DNA from: a virus | Strand: one strand, 5' to 3' | DNA: 52,574 bases | Virus genome (UHGV): UHGV-0212329 | Shown here: positions 37,975 through 48,644 of the stretch, piece by piece | Layout: each line of letters begins with the position of its first letter | Position numbering within the stretch: the stretch's first letter is position 1 | Program-made: the position numbers and the translations under genes | The notes under the pieces: model-generated | Database searches by the model: none | Told to the model about the DNA's origin: nothing | What the model saw: only the letters and a program-made list of their open reading frames with translations

Positions 37975-40900
37975 ATGGCAATATTTCAACCTACAAACGT
38001 AACGCCGTCCTCTTTCGCCGGTCTTGGCGGTGGTACAATTGCCGCTGGGGACATAGCAAAAGTAACATGGCAAGTCAATGGGAATAGTCCTCTTACAAAT
38101 TATGAAATAAACATTTACAAACGAGAAAGTTCAGGGCTATCTAATTTGATATTTACAATATCTTCACGTATTTATTGGAAAGACGATGAAGGGAATGTTG
38201 TTATCAAAAAACCGAATGGCACGGCTTTGCCGACTGGTGGTTTTTATCCAACCAATGAAAAAGGAATACCTCAGTTTTTAACTATAACTGCATTATCAGA
38301 ATCAGGCGAGCCTTTAACTTGGGCAGACTGTGGCGTTGAAGACGGCGAGAACTATCAACTCAAAATAACACAATATTGGGGAGAGGACTCTGCTAATACT
38401 ACGCAATATGTTGTGCAATATTCCGAAAGTGCCTTTATTGCACGAACCATGCCTATATTAACGTTAAAAAAAGACAATAGTGCATGGAGTAGCGGAAGCC
38501 CGATAAATCAAGTGGCTCAAGTATTGATGTGTGACTATTCACAAGAGCAAGGTGATAGTATAAACTGGTGTAGGTGGCAATTTGCCGAAGTCTCTATAAT
38601 AAATGGCGTTAAGAAATATACATTGATTGACGATACCGGGGAGATTTATACTGCTAAGCTTGAGTATACACTTGACGGCATGCTTAGTGGAAAAACGTAT
38701 GCAGTTAAGTGTAGTGTTTGCACTCAAAACGGCGTAGAGGTTACAACAAATAACGGTGAATGGTTTGATTTCGATGTAAGTTACACAATTCCGCAAAGGT
38801 TGGCGTCTTTAAGTGTTGATAGCGAACAGATAAGCAACCCATATTTACCTACAAACCCCAAGCGTTACTGCAATATACTTTCCTATTCTTCTGAAAATAG
38901 TGGAATTGATATACAAGGCAAAGCTGTACCGTCTACAGGATATACATTGATTGACGGACAGGTCAAGCTCAACCGTGGTGCAACAATAACTTGGGATAAT
39001 GTTAAAATAAGCGGAGAAACAAACCCTTTAAATATCCCTATTCCGTTTTCAATAGCGTATGAATTTACACCAGAACAAATAAACACAGATATTTCATTGC
39101 TTTTTGATGATGCAGAGCAAATTTCTCGGATAGCAATTACGGGTGATGGGCAATATATCGCAGTGCTTTGGTATAAATCAATAATTAGCAATATTTGCAC
39201 TATTAGTCTTTGCAAAGTAGCAGGAAATGAAATTAGCATATTAGGTCAGCTAAACGAATTTAACAATGTGCAGTTATTCGACACAGATACCATTTCGACA
39301 CTTATTTTTAGTGATGACGGCAAAGGGTTAGCGGTAGGTGGACAAGGTATAGGATTATATCTATATTACACTGATTGGAATAGCTCTCCGTCGACATGGA
39401 AAAAAACGCAAATTTACAGTGGCAGAGCGTATGAGCCTACATTTGCATTTATGGGAGCAAGCGATAAATTTGTAGCGACAAATGGCGTTTACAGAGCTAC
39501 TCCGAGCGTTTTAGGAGGAGCTTCTCTGTATACCATAAATTATACTGATAAAAGTATAAGTGCTGTTGCAACCGCCCAAAATTACGAAAATCTTATATAC
39601 TTGCGAGGATACAAAGGAAATAAAGTTATCGGAATAGGTGCCGATAATAATGTTTATGTTTATACATTAACAAACGATAATTCTGCGACTTGGACTTATA
39701 CAATGCTTAATTTAGGGGACATTAAATTAAACGATTATGTTGTCTTTTCAAATAGTGAAAATTCGCCATATTTCTTAACTAAATCTAATGAAGATAATCC
39801 GAATGTAACATTTTGCAGCATGACTACTGGACTAATACAAAAGATAGAAGATGATGTTTCAGATTCTATTACGCCAACATTTTTAGTCGATGATTCCGGT
39901 GTTATTATAGGAAATAGGCTCTATGCTCTATTAGGAAGAGAGCTATCTTTCTATTCTGAATTAAGTGATGCAAGTACGTATGGAATTACTGTTGCAGTTA
40001 AAAATGCGGTGTTTAGTGCCGTCGGCAAAAAAATGTCGATAAAGCGTTATGGCTTCCAAGACAATTTAACCCACTTTTTGGACATCAATCGTGGTATTAT
40101 AGGAGTAGGCACAAATGGGAATGGCGCAGTACAACAGTTAGTGTCAATAGTAAATAATACCACCGCTAAAAATATTGCGGACATATCCTTTATTTCACTC
40201 GTGAGCGGGATAGAAAGCTTTATAGTAATACTGACTATAACAGAAGGCAATACGACTCTTTCTGCGCAATTGAAAGATATTAGAGAAATATATGAATTTG
40301 CGTCTATAGAAATAACGGGAGCCTCAGTAAGTGCAATTGAATCTTTAAAGCTAACCGGTTGGCAAATTACAAATTACATTTTAATTGAGAAAGGTGCGTT
40401 TACAGAACAAATTGAGTTTGGGTATATACCAACATGGGGAACAAAAACTGAATTTTTAGCAGATTTTACTGCCGACTTAAATGCTGGTAGAATTGCAGAT
40501 ATTGATATATATCGGTTCGATTTAACAACAAATGAATATTTAAAATTGTGCCGTTTAAAGTCCGGGGAATCTATTGTGCGAGATTATGGGTGGTTGCCGT
40601 ATCATTCGTATTACTATGATGCGTATTTGGTAACAACAACGTCAGATGATAGTTCTACATCTATAGTTTATTCAAGCAAGGCAACAACCGCTGCTAATCC
40701 AATTTGTAAATCAACTTCATATTATATGCTAATGGAATGTGTGCCTGATGAACTCTTTTCGAGCGTTTTTCATGTTAAAAGCCTTTGGAGATTTGGAAAT
40801 AACATTAGTGTTGGTAGCATTAGCAATAACAATAATCCTAACTGGTTGCAAACTTTTACAGGATATAGGACAAAGCAACCGTCGGGACAACATGGGCGCA

Positions 40901-41199
40901 CTGGAAACTTATCAGCTTTATTATCTAATGTAAACGGTGGTGCTTATTCGGATACAGTAGAGCAAATGGAGGCATTATATGCTGCAAGCTTAAGCTCTAA
41001 TGCGTTTTTTCTAAAAGATGTAAAGGGCAATTTATATATGGTAAGCATTTCTGCGCCAATAACACAAACATTAAATTTAAAAAGTCCTTTAGTCGAAAGT
41101 TCTATATCGATACAATGGGAAGAAATAGGTGACACAAAAGGAATATCTCTTATTCAAACACGATCTGACGAGGGATATTTTAATATACTTAAGAATTAG
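37975..41199 (+). CDS. Large tail/baseplate protein
   Basis: MAIFQPTNVTP start, beta-rich, LKDVKGNLYMV...WEEIG Dit-like C-terminus. Confidence 0.75.
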   Translation: MAIFQPTNVTPSSFAGLGGGTIAAGDIAKVTWQVNGNSPLTNYEINIYKRESSGLSNLIFTISSRIYWKDDEGNVVIKKPNGTALPTGGFYPTNEKGIPQFLTITALSESGEPLTWADCGVEDGENYQLKITQYWGEDSANTTQYVVQYSESAFIARTMPILTLKKDNSAWSSGSPINQVAQVLMCDYSQEQGDSINWCRWQFAEVSIINGVKKYTLIDDTGEIYTAKLEYTLDGMLSGKTYAVKCSVCTQNGVEVTTNNGEWFDFDVSYTIPQRLASLSVDSEQISNPYLPTNPKRYCNILSYSSENSGIDIQGKAVPSTGYTLIDGQVKLNRGATITWDNVKISGETNPLNIPIPFSIAYEFTPEQINTDISLLFDDAEQISRIAITGDGQYIAVLWYKSIISNICTISLCKVAGNEISILGQLNEFNNVQLFDTDTISTLIFSDDGKGLAVGGQGIGLYLYYTDWNSSPSTWKKTQIYSGRAYEPTFAFMGASDKFVATNGVYRATPSVLGGASLYTINYTDKSISAVATAQNYENLIYLRGYKGNKVIGIGADNNVYVYTLTNDNSATWTYTMLNLGDIKLNDYVVFSNSENSPYFLTKSNEDNPNVTFCSMTTGLIQKIEDDVSDSITPTFLVDDSGVIIGNRLYALLGRELSFYSELSDASTYGITVAVKNAVFSAVGKKMSIKRYGFQDNLTHFLDINRGIIGVGTNGNGAVQQLVSIVNNTTAKNIADISFISLVSGIESFIVILTITEGNTTLSAQLKDIREIYEFASIEITGASVSAIESLKLTGWQITNYILIEKGAFTEQIEFGYIPTWGTKTEFLADFTADLNAGRIADIDIYRFDLTTNEYLKLCRLKSGESIVRDYGWLPYHSYYYDAYLVTTTSDDSSTSIVYSSKATTAANPICKSTSYYMLMECVPDELFSSVFHVKSLWRFGNNISVGSISNNNNPNWLQTFTGYRTKQPSGQHGRTGNLSALLSNVNGGAYSDTVEQMEALYAASLSSNAFFLKDVKGNLYMVSISAPITQTLNLKSPLVESSISIQWEEIGDTKGISLIQTRSDEGYFNILKN

Positions 41200-41223
41200 G
41201 CAGTGTAACTCGGAGTATGGATT

Positions 41224-42564
41224 ATGAATGTTATAACAAGTACAAAATATTTACAATATCTACAACTTTTACAAGAGAACCGACTAACAAAAATAGTAAA
41301 GCTCGAGTTTTTAAATTCTGATGGTTCTGTTGCCTTTGCACTGAGCAATAAGCAGAAAAGAGGATATAATACTAAACATCAATCTTCCGCATTTATACAA
41401 AGTGGAACACTTAATGTATCTTTACAAAATGGGATTAGAAGAAAAGCTACTATAACTTTATCAAATGTTGATAATAATTTTAGTTATAACGTGAACAATA
41501 TGTGGTTTGGTTCGCAGATTCGTTTGATGATGGGAACAAAATTGTTTGATAACACCGAAATTTATTTTCCACAGTTGGTTGGATACATCTCTAATCCTTC
41601 TTCAATATTTAATACAAATTCAAATACTATTACGTTTCCATTGGTAGATAAATGGACATATCTTGACGGTTCTTTAAATGGAACTCTTCCAAATGCTGTA
41701 TCGATACCGGCAACTACAGGTAAAGAAAATGCGTTATTCCAAGCAATAGTAAACATGTTACAGCGTTCTCTATATACAGGAGAATATAATACGACTGATA
41801 ATCCTGTGTCAATATCTGAAAAAGTAGATTCTGTACCCCCGATATTTACAAATTATTATAAAGGCAAGACCTACATAGTTGGAGGTAGTGAAGAAACAAT
41901 CGTTTATAAAACGGATATTCCTCGCAATTTGATAAATCAAGGTGGAAGCACTATTTCAAAAGTAATTCTTGATTTAAATGATATTGTCGTAGGATTAGTC
42001 GGTTACGACCAAACAGGGGCATTTAGATTGGAACCATCGGAAAGTTATATAGATGATATGGATAAGCCCGTGCTGTGGCATTTTACGCCTGAGAATAGCC
42101 ATTTATGTTCAATAAAAGATACGATTAAAATGTCCGAAGTCTATAATGATATAATTGTAGTTGGAGAAACGACAACGGGTGCGCAAGTTTGGGGAAGAGC
42201 TACAAATCGTGACTCGCAAAGCAACACTAATGTTGGGAGTATAGGACTTAAAACAAAATGGGTGCAAAATAATAGCTATATATATCCGGAACAATGTATA
42301 TCTTATGCGAGTTATTTGTTAAAAAAACAATCAGTATTACGCAATTCCATATCAATAACTTGTAGTCAGATGTATCATCTTAATGAAAATAGAGTAATAA
42401 CTGTAAAGCGTACAGATAAAAGAGATAGTCCGATAGAAAAACACTTAATAAATTCGTTTTCCTTGCCCATAGGCGAGAGTGGGGCAATGACAATAAACGC
42501 AACAAGTATTAACGACATTCCCATTATGTCAACGACATCAAGTGCAGAGGGAGGTAGTAAATAA
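41224..42564 (+). CDS. Baseplate hub/tail protein
   Basis: GIRRKATITL, DKWTYLDG, VYNDIIVVG; position. Confidence 0.7.
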   Translation: MNVITSTKYLQYLQLLQENRLTKIVKLEFLNSDGSVAFALSNKQKRGYNTKHQSSAFIQSGTLNVSLQNGIRRKATITLSNVDNNFSYNVNNMWFGSQIRLMMGTKLFDNTEIYFPQLVGYISNPSSIFNTNSNTITFPLVDKWTYLDGSLNGTLPNAVSIPATTGKENALFQAIVNMLQRSLYTGEYNTTDNPVSISEKVDSVPPIFTNYYKGKTYIVGGSEETIVYKTDIPRNLINQGGSTISKVILDLNDIVVGLVGYDQTGAFRLEPSESYIDDMDKPVLWHFTPENSHLCSIKDTIKMSEVYNDIIVVGETTTGAQVWGRATNRDSQSNTNVGSIGLKTKWVQNNSYIYPEQCISYASYLLKKQSVLRNSISITCSQMYHLNENRVITVKRTDKRDSPIEKHLINSFSLPIGESGAMTINATSINDIPIMSTTSSAEGGSK

Positions 42565-43175
42565 TGCGCAATTTAGCCGAAAGTGAACGAATAAAAAAAG
42601 CAATCGAACGTGTAGCCGATAAACGTATTGATGAACAAACAAAAGACTGCTTGCGACTATATAAAGCTATACTTATAAATCCTGCAAATAACGGTATTTG
42701 TGGTGTTAGCTTAATTGGAGATATAAATACTGACGGTTCAAATAATGTACTTAATCTTCCTTATTCACAACTTATAGAAGATTTGCCGGGTGGCTCTATT
42801 GTTTGGATAGCTGTTATATTCAATTCATGGGCTAATGCAATCGTTTGGGCAGATGCACAGCTTAATGTAGGTAGTGCTAATGGTAATGCAAAGAATGCTG
42901 TACTATACATAGCTCAATCTCTTACAGACGAACAAAAAGAACAAGCTCGGGCAAACATTGGAGCTGGTACTGGCGATGATAAAACTTATATTCACACTCA
43001 AAACGTTCCTGCTAATACTTGGAAAGTGAACCATAATTTAGGAAAATACCCCAGTGTAACTGTTGTTGATAGTGCGGGAAGTTCAATTGCAGGTGCAAAA
43101 ATTTCTTATGATGATTTTAATAATTTAACTTTAACATTTGCCGCTATTTTTAGCGGGAAAGCATATTTAAACTAA
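42564..43175 (+). CDS. Tail spike/fibre-associated protein
   Basis: QSLTDEQKEQARANIG and HTQNVPANTWKVNHNLGKYPSVTVVD motifs. Confidence 0.7.
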   Translation: MRNLAESERIKKAIERVADKRIDEQTKDCLRLYKAILINPANNGICGVSLIGDINTDGSNNVLNLPYSQLIEDLPGGSIVWIAVIFNSWANAIVWADAQLNVGSANGNAKNAVLYIAQSLTDEQKEQARANIGAGTGDDKTYIHTQNVPANTWKVNHNLGKYPSVTVVDSAGSSIAGAKISYDDFNNLTLTFAAIFSGKAYLN

Positions 43176-43193
43176 AAAAAGGAGACTTAAATA

Positions 43194-44579
43194 ATGTCAT
43201 TACCATTTTTAAACAATCTTAATTTAAATTTAAACGAGATACAAAATGCAATTGCACAAAATCTTGGAACTACTCCCAAGGAAGAAAAGGCTGGACGTTT
43301 TTATTATGATACAGCAAAAAATAAGCTTGGGTATTACAATGGCACAAACTGGGTTTATCTCGATGATTCAAATGATAATCAAAAAATTAAAGTAGGGAAT
43401 ACAACTTTTAGTGCGAGTGCAGAAATTGATATTAGTGGCATAGGTGCCATTAGTGTAGCTGGAAATAGTACCGCTAATACCATTACAATTTCTATTGCAG
43501 ATGCGACTACGGGAGAAAAGGGCGCAGTTCAACTTACTAACACCGTGTCAAGCGGAAGTGCTGTACAAAATTTAGCTGTTACTCCTAAAGGGGTTTCCGA
43601 TGCGATAACGGCGGCTTTGGAAAATTACTATAATAAAAGTTACATTGATACAACGTTAAGTGATTATTTGACGACAGCCGCTGCGAGGCAAACCTATTTA
43701 ACAAAAACAGATGCCACCGCAACCTATATAACAATAGCTTCGAAGAATCAACCTAATGGTGTTGCAGGATTAGGAAGTAACGGAAAAATTCTTGTAGGAC
43801 AGTTGCCAGATTATTTGCTTGGACAAGTTCTGTATGGTGGTATTGCAACAAACATAAGTGATGGTATATCTGGCGAAAATAAAGTAACAGCTTCAATATC
43901 GACTGATTTGAAATCAAAGCTTGCAGCAAAGGGAGTTATTACTGATGAGACTATAACGTTATCAAATGTTAAAACAGCGACAGATGGTACATTTGGTTAT
44001 CTTGATTTGGACGGCACATATTTTATTTGTAATGCAAAAGGAACGTTTGCCGGGATAGCCTATGAAGTCGGAGATTGGATTATTTCTACTGGTGAGAAGT
44101 GGTCTCTTGTAAACAATAGTGATGCAGTAATGTCTGTAAATGGAAAGACAGGGACTGTTGTGCTGACTGGTGAAGATATTAAAGTTGGCGGTAATTCTAC
44201 CACTTATAAAAATCGAGAAATATCGGCAGCGATAGAAGGATTGGAAAAATCAATCGCTAATACCGCAAATGTTACTGGCTCAAAAGAAGTTACGGGTTCT
44301 TTTACTCCGAGCGGATTGACAAATAACACATATTCAATAACTAAACCTTCAGAGTTAATAAACTGGCGTTCTACGAAGCAGTTTGTGTTATATTATAGTG
44401 CTGATGGCTCGATAGCAAACGCACAGCAAGCATATACTGATGTAAATATTCAAACTACGGTTGGTGCTGATGGATTAGAGAGTGGAGCAACGGCGAAGCT
44501 GACTTTTGGCAGCGTTCCGTCTGGTGGTAAGTTCTGGTATTATTGGCTCTTTGTTTACGGTAACAGTAATAACAACTGA
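43194..44579 (+). CDS. Tail fibre-like protein
   Basis: ATTGEKGAVQL fibre repeat; NGVAGLGSNGKI..QLP; VMSVNGKTGTVVL. Confidence 0.75.
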   Translation: MSLPFLNNLNLNLNEIQNAIAQNLGTTPKEEKAGRFYYDTAKNKLGYYNGTNWVYLDDSNDNQKIKVGNTTFSASAEIDISGIGAISVAGNSTANTITISIADATTGEKGAVQLTNTVSSGSAVQNLAVTPKGVSDAITAALENYYNKSYIDTTLSDYLTTAAARQTYLTKTDATATYITIASKNQPNGVAGLGSNGKILVGQLPDYLLGQVLYGGIATNISDGISGENKVTASISTDLKSKLAAKGVITDETITLSNVKTATDGTFGYLDLDGTYFICNAKGTFAGIAYEVGDWIISTGEKWSLVNNSDAVMSVNGKTGTVVLTGEDIKVGGNSTTYKNREISAAIEGLEKSIANTANVTGSKEVTGSFTPSGLTNNTYSITKPSELINWRSTKQFVLYYSADGSIANAQQAYTDVNIQTTVGADGLESGATAKLTFGSVPSGGKFWYYWLFVYGNSNNN

Positions 44580-44615
44580 TAAAATTAACTAAAAGGAGGA
44601 ATTGCCGAATATATT

Positions 44616-47162
44616 ATGAAAAATTTTGGAAAAAGAACAGAAAATTTAGACTTCGCAAATATAGGCGATATTCCTACGAAACTAAGCCAATTAACCAATG
44701 ATACGGGATATTTAACTGTTGGTACACTGCCTACGAATTTAGTGACAACAGACAAAGCTCAAACAATAACAGGACTTAAAACGTTTGATGCACCAGCGAA
44801 TATAAGTGGTACAGAACAATCTACGGCTATATTTAAAACATCGAATGGCGGTCAACTAATAGTAGGCAAAGAAGGTGCTAATAGTGGAACGATGCTTAGA
44901 TTTGACCAAGTTGTAGGCACGGTACGGTTGCGTTTCCGTGCATCTGCAACTGCTGGTGCAATGGTTTGGGAACAGCCCGAACAAGGGGCGCAGCTATACA
45001 TTGACTTAGGCAAGAGCGGAGCGGACTATCGCAGAATAACTTTTCCGTCGGCAGCGGGTACGTTGGCTCTTACATCGCAAATACCGACTAACTACCTTAC
45101 AGGCGGTTCACAAACGACCACATCTACAGAAGACGGTGGAAGTAATATATTCACATTCACTAAAGCGAATGGGCAAACTGCTACATTCACCGTAAAAAAC
45201 GGTTCTAAAGGTAGCGCAGGAAAAGATGGCGAGAACGGATTAGATGCACTTGTTTATAATAATGTTATTTTCGTAAACAGTATTCCCGATGAAGAAAGTA
45301 AAGGAAATTTAACGTTAAAAGGCGGTGATTTTAATCGCTTCCCAAAGAACCCTGAAACATTTTGGGCAATTATGAGTGATAATAGCGGAGCTGAAGAGGC
45401 GGTTCAATTTATAATAGATGATTATGATCCAATTACTGATATTGCAAGCTGCGGGTGGCTTAATCGTCGTAATATAAAGGGTGAGCAAGGTGAACGAGGC
45501 GATGATGGTGTAGGTATATCTACGGCTACGACGGGAACTCCAACCGTTGGTACTGATGGTTATACTACCACCCCAATTACGTTTAAAAAAACAGATAATA
45601 GTACAATTCTTGTAAATGTAAAGGCGAAAAACGGAAAAGATGGTACAGACGCAACTATAACATCTATAAATGGATTAAAGGGTGGCACGCTTACCAGCCC
45701 ACTTGTAATTACGGGTGGAAACCAAGCAACAGCTGCAAAGATAGCTCTTAATCAAGGTAATAAAGGTCAAATAACAGATAGCTCTACAAGTACAATTTTC
45801 GGATTTATGAGTAGCGGTACACTTACTGTTGGCTCGACAAGCTATGTCACTAATATTCGTGGTAAAAATACTCGACCGATATACAACGGCAACAATTTAG
45901 CGTTGTTATCTGACGTTCCGACCGTAAATAATGCTGCTTTAACTATTAAAGTTGGTAAAAATGGAGACGTGTTAGGAACTGGCACATTTACAGCAAATCA
46001 AAGTACAGCGAGTACGATTACATTACCTGTTTATTCAAAAGATGATGTTGATACGGAAATTGCGAAGTGTGCGAAACTTTCGGGGGATAATAGCTTTACG
46101 GGCAATATTACCATTGGCGGTAATCTTACTGTAAATGGAACGACCACTACGGTAGACAGCACAACGCTACAAGTTAAAGATAAATTGATTATGGTAGCGT
46201 ATGGGAATACTACAAAACTGACTACTCCAGCGGGACTCGTTGCGCCGAAATATGACGGTACAAATAGCGGAGCGTTGGTGTTCGACGGAGACGGTATTGC
46301 CTATGTTGGCGATATAGTATTAGATTCAAATGGTAATATAAATGTCAGTCAAAGCGGGTTACAAACTCTTGCCACCAGAACGGGACTCGTTGGTGGAAAT
46401 ATTGTAAAATATGATTCAACTAATCTTACACTTGTTGATTCTGGGATAGCGGCAAATAATATTGCCACTCTTGGAGCCAATACCTTTTCGGGTGGACAAA
46501 CCATAACAGGTACACGAACTGACGGATATTCAGTTTTTGCTACGGGCTATATTCGTGGTTCTTGGCTACAAGCTCCCGGCACAGGGCAATTGAGTTCCAC
46601 GCCAACGAAAATTTGCGTATTGGACGGTGGTGGGTGGCTATATTATCGTACTCCTGCAGAGATACGAACGGATATTGGGGCGGCTGCTACAGCAGACATT
46701 CCCACGGTAAATAATGGCAAATTGACTATAAAGCAAGGTGGCGTCGAAAAAGGATCTTTCACAGCAAACCAAAGCGGAAATGTTGAGATTGATTTAGAAA
46801 GTGGTGGTGGTGCTTCTTATATTACCTATACGGCAATACACATGTCTTATTCGGGGGCTGTAGATATTATGAACAGCGATCCCATAGAGGACTTTTATTG
46901 TAAGCTATGGATTTCGCCATTATGTACAAGCGACGCATTTACGACGGGGAGCGATTTCTTATCGTGGTTAGGCTCAAATACTTTTGCTGATGAAACGTCG
47001 GCATTAGCTTGCAACGGTTATTCGCCGCAACTTGGAGTGGCTTGTGCTTGTTGGAACGACGGAAGTAATATTTTGTATGTTGAGTTTTCAAACGGACAAG
47101 TAGCAATGCTTTATGCCGATTCTATTACAATTAGTTCAAATTCATTTATGACGTCGTTGTGA
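44616..47162 (+). CDS. Tail fibre / receptor-binding protein with collagen-like and internal repeats
   Basis: IPTKLSQLTND, Gly-X-Y stretches, two copies of D(V/I)PTVNN..LTIK...G.FTANQS. Confidence 0.8.
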   Translation: MKNFGKRTENLDFANIGDIPTKLSQLTNDTGYLTVGTLPTNLVTTDKAQTITGLKTFDAPANISGTEQSTAIFKTSNGGQLIVGKEGANSGTMLRFDQVVGTVRLRFRASATAGAMVWEQPEQGAQLYIDLGKSGADYRRITFPSAAGTLALTSQIPTNYLTGGSQTTTSTEDGGSNIFTFTKANGQTATFTVKNGSKGSAGKDGENGLDALVYNNVIFVNSIPDEESKGNLTLKGGDFNRFPKNPETFWAIMSDNSGAEEAVQFIIDDYDPITDIASCGWLNRRNIKGEQGERGDDGVGISTATTGTPTVGTDGYTTTPITFKKTDNSTILVNVKAKNGKDGTDATITSINGLKGGTLTSPLVITGGNQATAAKIALNQGNKGQITDSSTSTIFGFMSSGTLTVGSTSYVTNIRGKNTRPIYNGNNLALLSDVPTVNNAALTIKVGKNGDVLGTGTFTANQSTASTITLPVYSKDDVDTEIAKCAKLSGDNSFTGNITIGGNLTVNGTTTTVDSTTLQVKDKLIMVAYGNTTKLTTPAGLVAPKYDGTNSGALVFDGDGIAYVGDIVLDSNGNINVSQSGLQTLATRTGLVGGNIVKYDSTNLTLVDSGIAANNIATLGANTFSGGQTITGTRTDGYSVFATGYIRGSWLQAPGTGQLSSTPTKICVLDGGGWLYYRTPAEIRTDIGAAATADIPTVNNGKLTIKQGGVEKGSFTANQSGNVEIDLESGGGASYITYTAIHMSYSGAVDIMNSDPIEDFYCKLWISPLCTSDAFTTGSDFLSWLGSNTFADETSALACNGYSPQLGVACACWNDGSNILYVEFSNGQVAMLYADSITISSNSFMTSL

Positions 47163-47193
47163 AATAGGGAAACATAAAAATATTTTTGAGCAT

Positions 47194-47236
47194 AAAAAAA
47201 ACACCTTCTGTTCATGGCGATAGTAGGTGTTTTTTT
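47194..47236. terminator. Bidirectional terminator between convergent operons
   Basis: A8-CACCT...AGGTG-T7. Confidence 0.8.
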
Positions 47237-47261
47237 ATATCACTGTTTCTACAGTTATTCT

Positions 47262-47465
47262 TTACGCTTTAGTGCCGTTTAATGCTTTTAAATATGCTTT
47301 GTATTGTGCTTCTACAATATGCAATTTATCCTTGCTTTCTTTATCAGTCTGTGCCGATAGCCAATTTATAGCCGTGCAAGCCCATTCTACAAAGTCTTCT
47401 TTTTCTTCTTTTGTTCCGTATTCTGCAACGAATATTGCATCTTTAATAGCTTGTTCTTTATCCAT
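47262..47465 (-). CDS. Hypothetical protein
   Basis: AAAGGAG RBS preceded by the pseudoknot motif. Confidence 0.75.
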   Translation of the reverse strand: MDKEQAIKDAIFVAEYGTKEEKEDFVEWACTAINWLSAQTDKESKDKLHIVEAQYKAYLKALNGTKA

Positions 47466-47470
47466 AAATA

Positions 47471-47505
47471 CTCCTTTACGGTGAGATAGCCGTCACCGCT
47501 CGGCT
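47471..47505 (-). promoter_or_regulatory. SD-proximal pseudoknot motif, copy 1
   Basis: mRNA: AGCCG-A-GCGGUGA-CGGCU-AUC-UCACCGU-AAAGGAG. Confidence 0.7.
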
Positions 47506-47690
47506 TGTTTTGCTAAATAACGTCACCTTTTGTGCTTAATATCGGCATTTTATCATTTTGTGTAACTTTATACCGTTAGAACAAAAGTGCCGTGAAGCGG
47601 CGATTTGAGCTTTATTTGCCATACCGCTTGTTCGCTCAAACATATTAAGAGAGGACGCTTTTGTTTTTTTGTGTCTGTTCTTGTGAAAGC

Positions 47691-48644
47691 TCAGTGCGAG
47701 AGTGTTGCTGTAAAACTGTTCATGGCAGTTACTGCAGATTGTACCGCCGCATTTTTGTTGAGAATATGGCGATATATTTTTGCTGTAGTAATTGGATTTG
47801 CATGTCCTAAATTTTGACTTATCTCCGAAAGCGGCATTCCGACATAATCGCAAAGACTTGTAAAAGCATGACGCAGTGCATGTGTTTTAACGCTATGCCC
47901 GCATATTTTCTCCGTATATCGTCGAATTATTAGAAGCAACGCTGTTGAAGATAGGCTATGCCATTTGCCGCCAATTGTCACATATCCGCTTTCACCGTCT
48001 GCGGTTGTTCCAAACAAGTAATCATTATCGGACAAATAAGTCGGTCTAACCTCACTGTTTAAATAATCTAATAAGGCTTCTTTCGCAATGGCGGGTAGGG
48101 GAACTAAACGCATTTTGTTGCCTTTGCCGTGTCGGACTGTAATTCTGTTCTGTTCAAAGTCTATATCAGATAGCTTGAGTTGTCGAAGTTCATCGTTTCG
48201 CAAGCCTGATTGAATGAGTAATACTACAATCGCTCGATTTCTTGCTAAAAGCGATTTTGTAAAACCTTTTCCCGTCGGAATCGATGTAAGTATCGTTTCA
48301 ATTTCTTGCAGTGTCAGTAAATCGTATTCACGACGCTGTTCTGACGGAATCTCATCGAGCGGAAGTGGTATTTCTTCAATTATTTTAAGCTTATATGCCC
48401 AGCTAAAAAATGAATGCAATCGGATTAGATATGTTTTTATTGTATTAGATTTTACGCCGCAAGTCAACAAGTTTGTACGCCATTTTACAAAAGTAATCGG
48501 TTTTATTTCTTCGTTATTATCTAACCATTCGTAAAATTTACGATGAGTGCGTTCATAACTTATAACTGTTAATTCGGATTTTCCCAACGACGGAAGCGAA
48601 GCAAAATATTGCTTGCTATATTCTGCGAACTGTTCTTTGTTCAT
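47691..48644 (-). CDS. Second tyrosine recombinase (XerC/D-like, no arm-binding domain)
   Basis: SGLRNDE, HGKGNKMR, THALRHAF, LGH..TTAKIY; start ATG 48644 after GGAGG. Confidence 0.93.
   Translation of the reverse strand: MNKEQFAEYSKQYFASLPSLGKSELTVISYERTHRKFYEWLDNNEEIKPITFVKWRTNLLTCGVKSNTIKTYLIRLHSFFSWAYKLKIIEEIPLPLDEIPSEQRREYDLLTLQEIETILTSIPTGKGFTKSLLARNRAIVVLLIQSGLRNDELRQLKLSDIDFEQNRITVRHGKGNKMRLVPLPAIAKEALLDYLNSEVRPTYLSDNDYLFGTTADGESGYVTIGGKWHSLSSTALLLIIRRYTEKICGHSVKTHALRHAFTSLCDYVGMPLSEISQNLGHANPITTAKIYRHILNKNAAVQSAVTAMNSFTATLSH

Noticed and set aside
44616..48644. DGR or shufflon acting on the tail fibre
   Set aside because: No reverse transcriptase, no TR/VR pair differing at adenines, and no inverted alternative fibre ends.
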